Origin: Azolla caroliniana | Taxonomy: Eukaryota > Plantae > Polypodiophyta | Assembly: GCA_043228905.1 (NCBI GenBank) | Contig: JBHGNT010000001.1 | Span: 14,260,001 to 14,324,000, forward strand | Reading direction: 5' to 3' | DNA length: 64,000 nt | Shown here: positions 62,069-64,000 of the stretch, piece by piece | Position numbering within the stretch: the stretch's first letter is position 1 | Layout of the letters: the number at the start of each line of letters is the position of its first letter | Notes under the pieces: model-generated | Seen by the model: the letters and a program-made list of their open reading frames with translations, nothing else | What the model was told of the DNA's origin: nothing | The model's database searches: none | Made by a program: the position numbers and the translations under genes

Positions 62069-62965
62069 TTAAGGCAAGTGGATGACGTTAGAGTCCAGGT
62101 CGGACTGGAGCTCACTTAGTGTTATGAGATCCGCCTCCCAAATTGCAACCCCCTCATTGACATTCTGCCGTGGAGGATCAGTTCGAGATTCCGATACCGA
62201 TTCCGAGTCGGAATAGGTATCCTGATATTCCTCTAGGTAGGGCGGTGCCGAAGAAGAGGTAGATTGGAGCGCCCCTTCCCCTGATAGGAAAGCTGCCGCC
62301 ACTGCGGAAGCGGCGATGGATCGGACCTCCTTTTTGAGCATGCCCAGGTCGGACTTAGATTTTCCTATGTTGACCCTAGAGAGGTAGAGGTTGTTGCTAA
62401 AATTGAAACCCTTATAGCGGCCGTGGCAATTGGCAGCACCTCCTCCACGTAGTGCTATCGAGGCCGCTTCGAATGCGCATGCAGCTTGCTCGGCACTTGC
62501 GAATGAGCCGAGCCACACTCTGTCACGGCTCCGGGGAAGCCTGATTTCCGAGACCCAGCGACCCCAGGAGCGGCGTCTCACGCCCTTGAAACGTTTGGAA
62601 TGGCAGGATGTGGAGGTGATCTGGTGCGATGTGCCCATGATCTCTGCAGGTGTGTAGGGGCTCAGGAGCCATGCATTGGGATTGGGGGTGGGGGTTGGGT
62701 GAGATGTGGCCACATTTGATGTGCCAGTGATGGGAGGTGATTTTGCAATGCCAAGTGGCAATGTGGTTGTAGTGATGGGGGTTATCCCCGTCCCCACAGC
62801 AATAGGAATGTTGCAAACCTTCGGCAAAAGGGCGGCATTCCGAGGTGATCTGGTGGAGACTCCGGCTGTAGTTGTGGTAGATGGAGATGGAGATGGAGAT
62901 GGAGATGGAGATGGACCAAGGGAGGACGTCTCTCTCTTACTAAGGATGCTCTTCTTCACCTTCAT
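62069..62965 (-). CDS. Intronless AP2/ERF transcription factor, DREB-type (298 aa)
   Basis: Intact ATG-to-stop ORF. AP2 domain RFKGVRRRSWGRWVSEIRLPRSRDRVWLGSF..AEQAA..F.AA..ALRG..FNF, with WVSEIR typical of the DREB subfamily. S/P/T-rich N-terminus and acidic C-terminus. Confidence 0.93.
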   Translation of the reverse strand: MKVKKSILSKRETSSLGPSPSPSPSPSPSTTTTAGVSTRSPRNAALLPKVCNIPIAVGTGITPITTTTLPLGIAKSPPITGTSNVATSHPTPTPNPNAWLLSPYTPAEIMGTSHQITSTSCHSKRFKGVRRRSWGRWVSEIRLPRSRDRVWLGSFASAEQAACAFEAASIALRGGGAANCHGRYKGFNFSNNLYLSRVNIGKSKSDLGMLKKEVRSIAASAVAAAFLSGEGALQSTSSSAPPYLEEYQDTYSDSESVSESRTDPPRQNVNEGVAIWEADLITLSELQSDLDSNVIHLP

Positions 62966-63051
62966 CTTAGTGTAGGGCTCTTTTATCGATGGTTGTAAGA
63001 ACTCTATGTACCCTGGGTACTAGGCAGCTTCATATGCTTGTTCAACTTAAA

Positions 63052-63052
<1 letters not shown>

Positions 63053-63088
<36 letters not shown>
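63053..63088. repeat. (TG)18 microsatellite ~90 bp upstream of the AP2/ERF start codon
   Basis: Direct reading of the sequence. Confidence 0.97.
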
Positions 63089-63089
<1 letters not shown>

Positions 63090-64000
63090 TATTTTGTAAA
63101 GGGACGACAAACTCACACACACATAGATATACATATATAAGTAACTATGCAATTTGCTTGCTTATGTGTAAAAGAGATGTAAAGATAAGAACTCTTCATT
63201 GCAATTTGCGTCGGTTGTACTGATATTGCAATTGCAATTTGCATGTTTGCTTTCATGAACTTTCCCAAACTGTTCCCACCCTTTCCTTTTCACACCATTG
63301 ATGATTAGGGAATGAATGACCAATGTGTTTATGCTTGTTAGATAAGGTTTGTTATGTTGACCCCCACTTGTCAATCAATGTACCAAGAAGAGATAAAACC
63401 CAAGCAACAAACATCAAGATCTGACGTATTGGATTTAATCCAAAATTTAGACATCCTACTTACATAGGCACGCGTATCGTTATAAAAGATCTCTCATTCT
63501 ATCCATGTAGTTGACGATCCACATCTAGTTGCACATAGAATATAATGACATTGTGATAATCTAGAAACAAGTGACAAACGTCCACTTGCACATAAAATAT
63601 AGTAAAATTGTGAGACTTGTAAGAAACAAATTGTGACCAAAGAGTGACACGTGTTTTTAATGAAAAGACCTAAAATATGCAATACAATATTCTCGTCATT
63701 ACTATGGCGACACTGTACACATGCTCAAAATTTTATAATGGTATGTATCTTCACGACAATTACGCTTATAATGCTTTTTATCTCCTAAAATATCGAATTA
63801 GGTAAAACATTTCTAATTGAATCACGATTCTACAATTAACACCACCTAAAAACTAATATTATACCTCATTAAAATGCTAGGAAAACATTTGAACATCCAA
63901 TATTCATTTCTAGATTCATATCATTTCCCATCTATCATTCAAACATGTGAAGGATTCATATGTTAAGTTCATTGAAACAAAAGTCACTTCTAGAAGCACC

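Noticed and set aside
63100-64000. Short ORFs upstream of the AP2/ERF gene
   Set aside because: AT-rich promoter-like DNA with no recognisable protein motifs.

Overview
Eukaryotic, plant-like sequence; the TE lineages suggest a non-seed plant, but that is inference. About the first 60 kb is a deeply nested transposon pile. It holds several Ty3/gypsy and Ty1/copia LTR retrotransposons (full, deleted, solo-LTR and two ~3.3-kb gag-only non-autonomous elements), a 5'-truncated LINE, a hAT-like MITE and a degraded DNA-transposase relic. Next to the relic lies a spliced RING-like pseudogene whose ~1-kb intron is filled with 16-bp palindromes. The only clear host gene is an intronless AP2/ERF (DREB-type) transcription factor at 62069-62965 (-). 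The most notable patterns concern one gypsy lineage with TGTCG...CGACA LTR ends. All six of its insertion sites are 4-bp targets centred on CG, and it carries a covarying 20-nt stem-loop 17-18 nt upstream of the 3' LTR. In addition, five unrelated LTRs (four from this lineage) contain tRNA-like Pol III A/B-box modules. All coordinates and comparisons were read by eye; no database searches were run.
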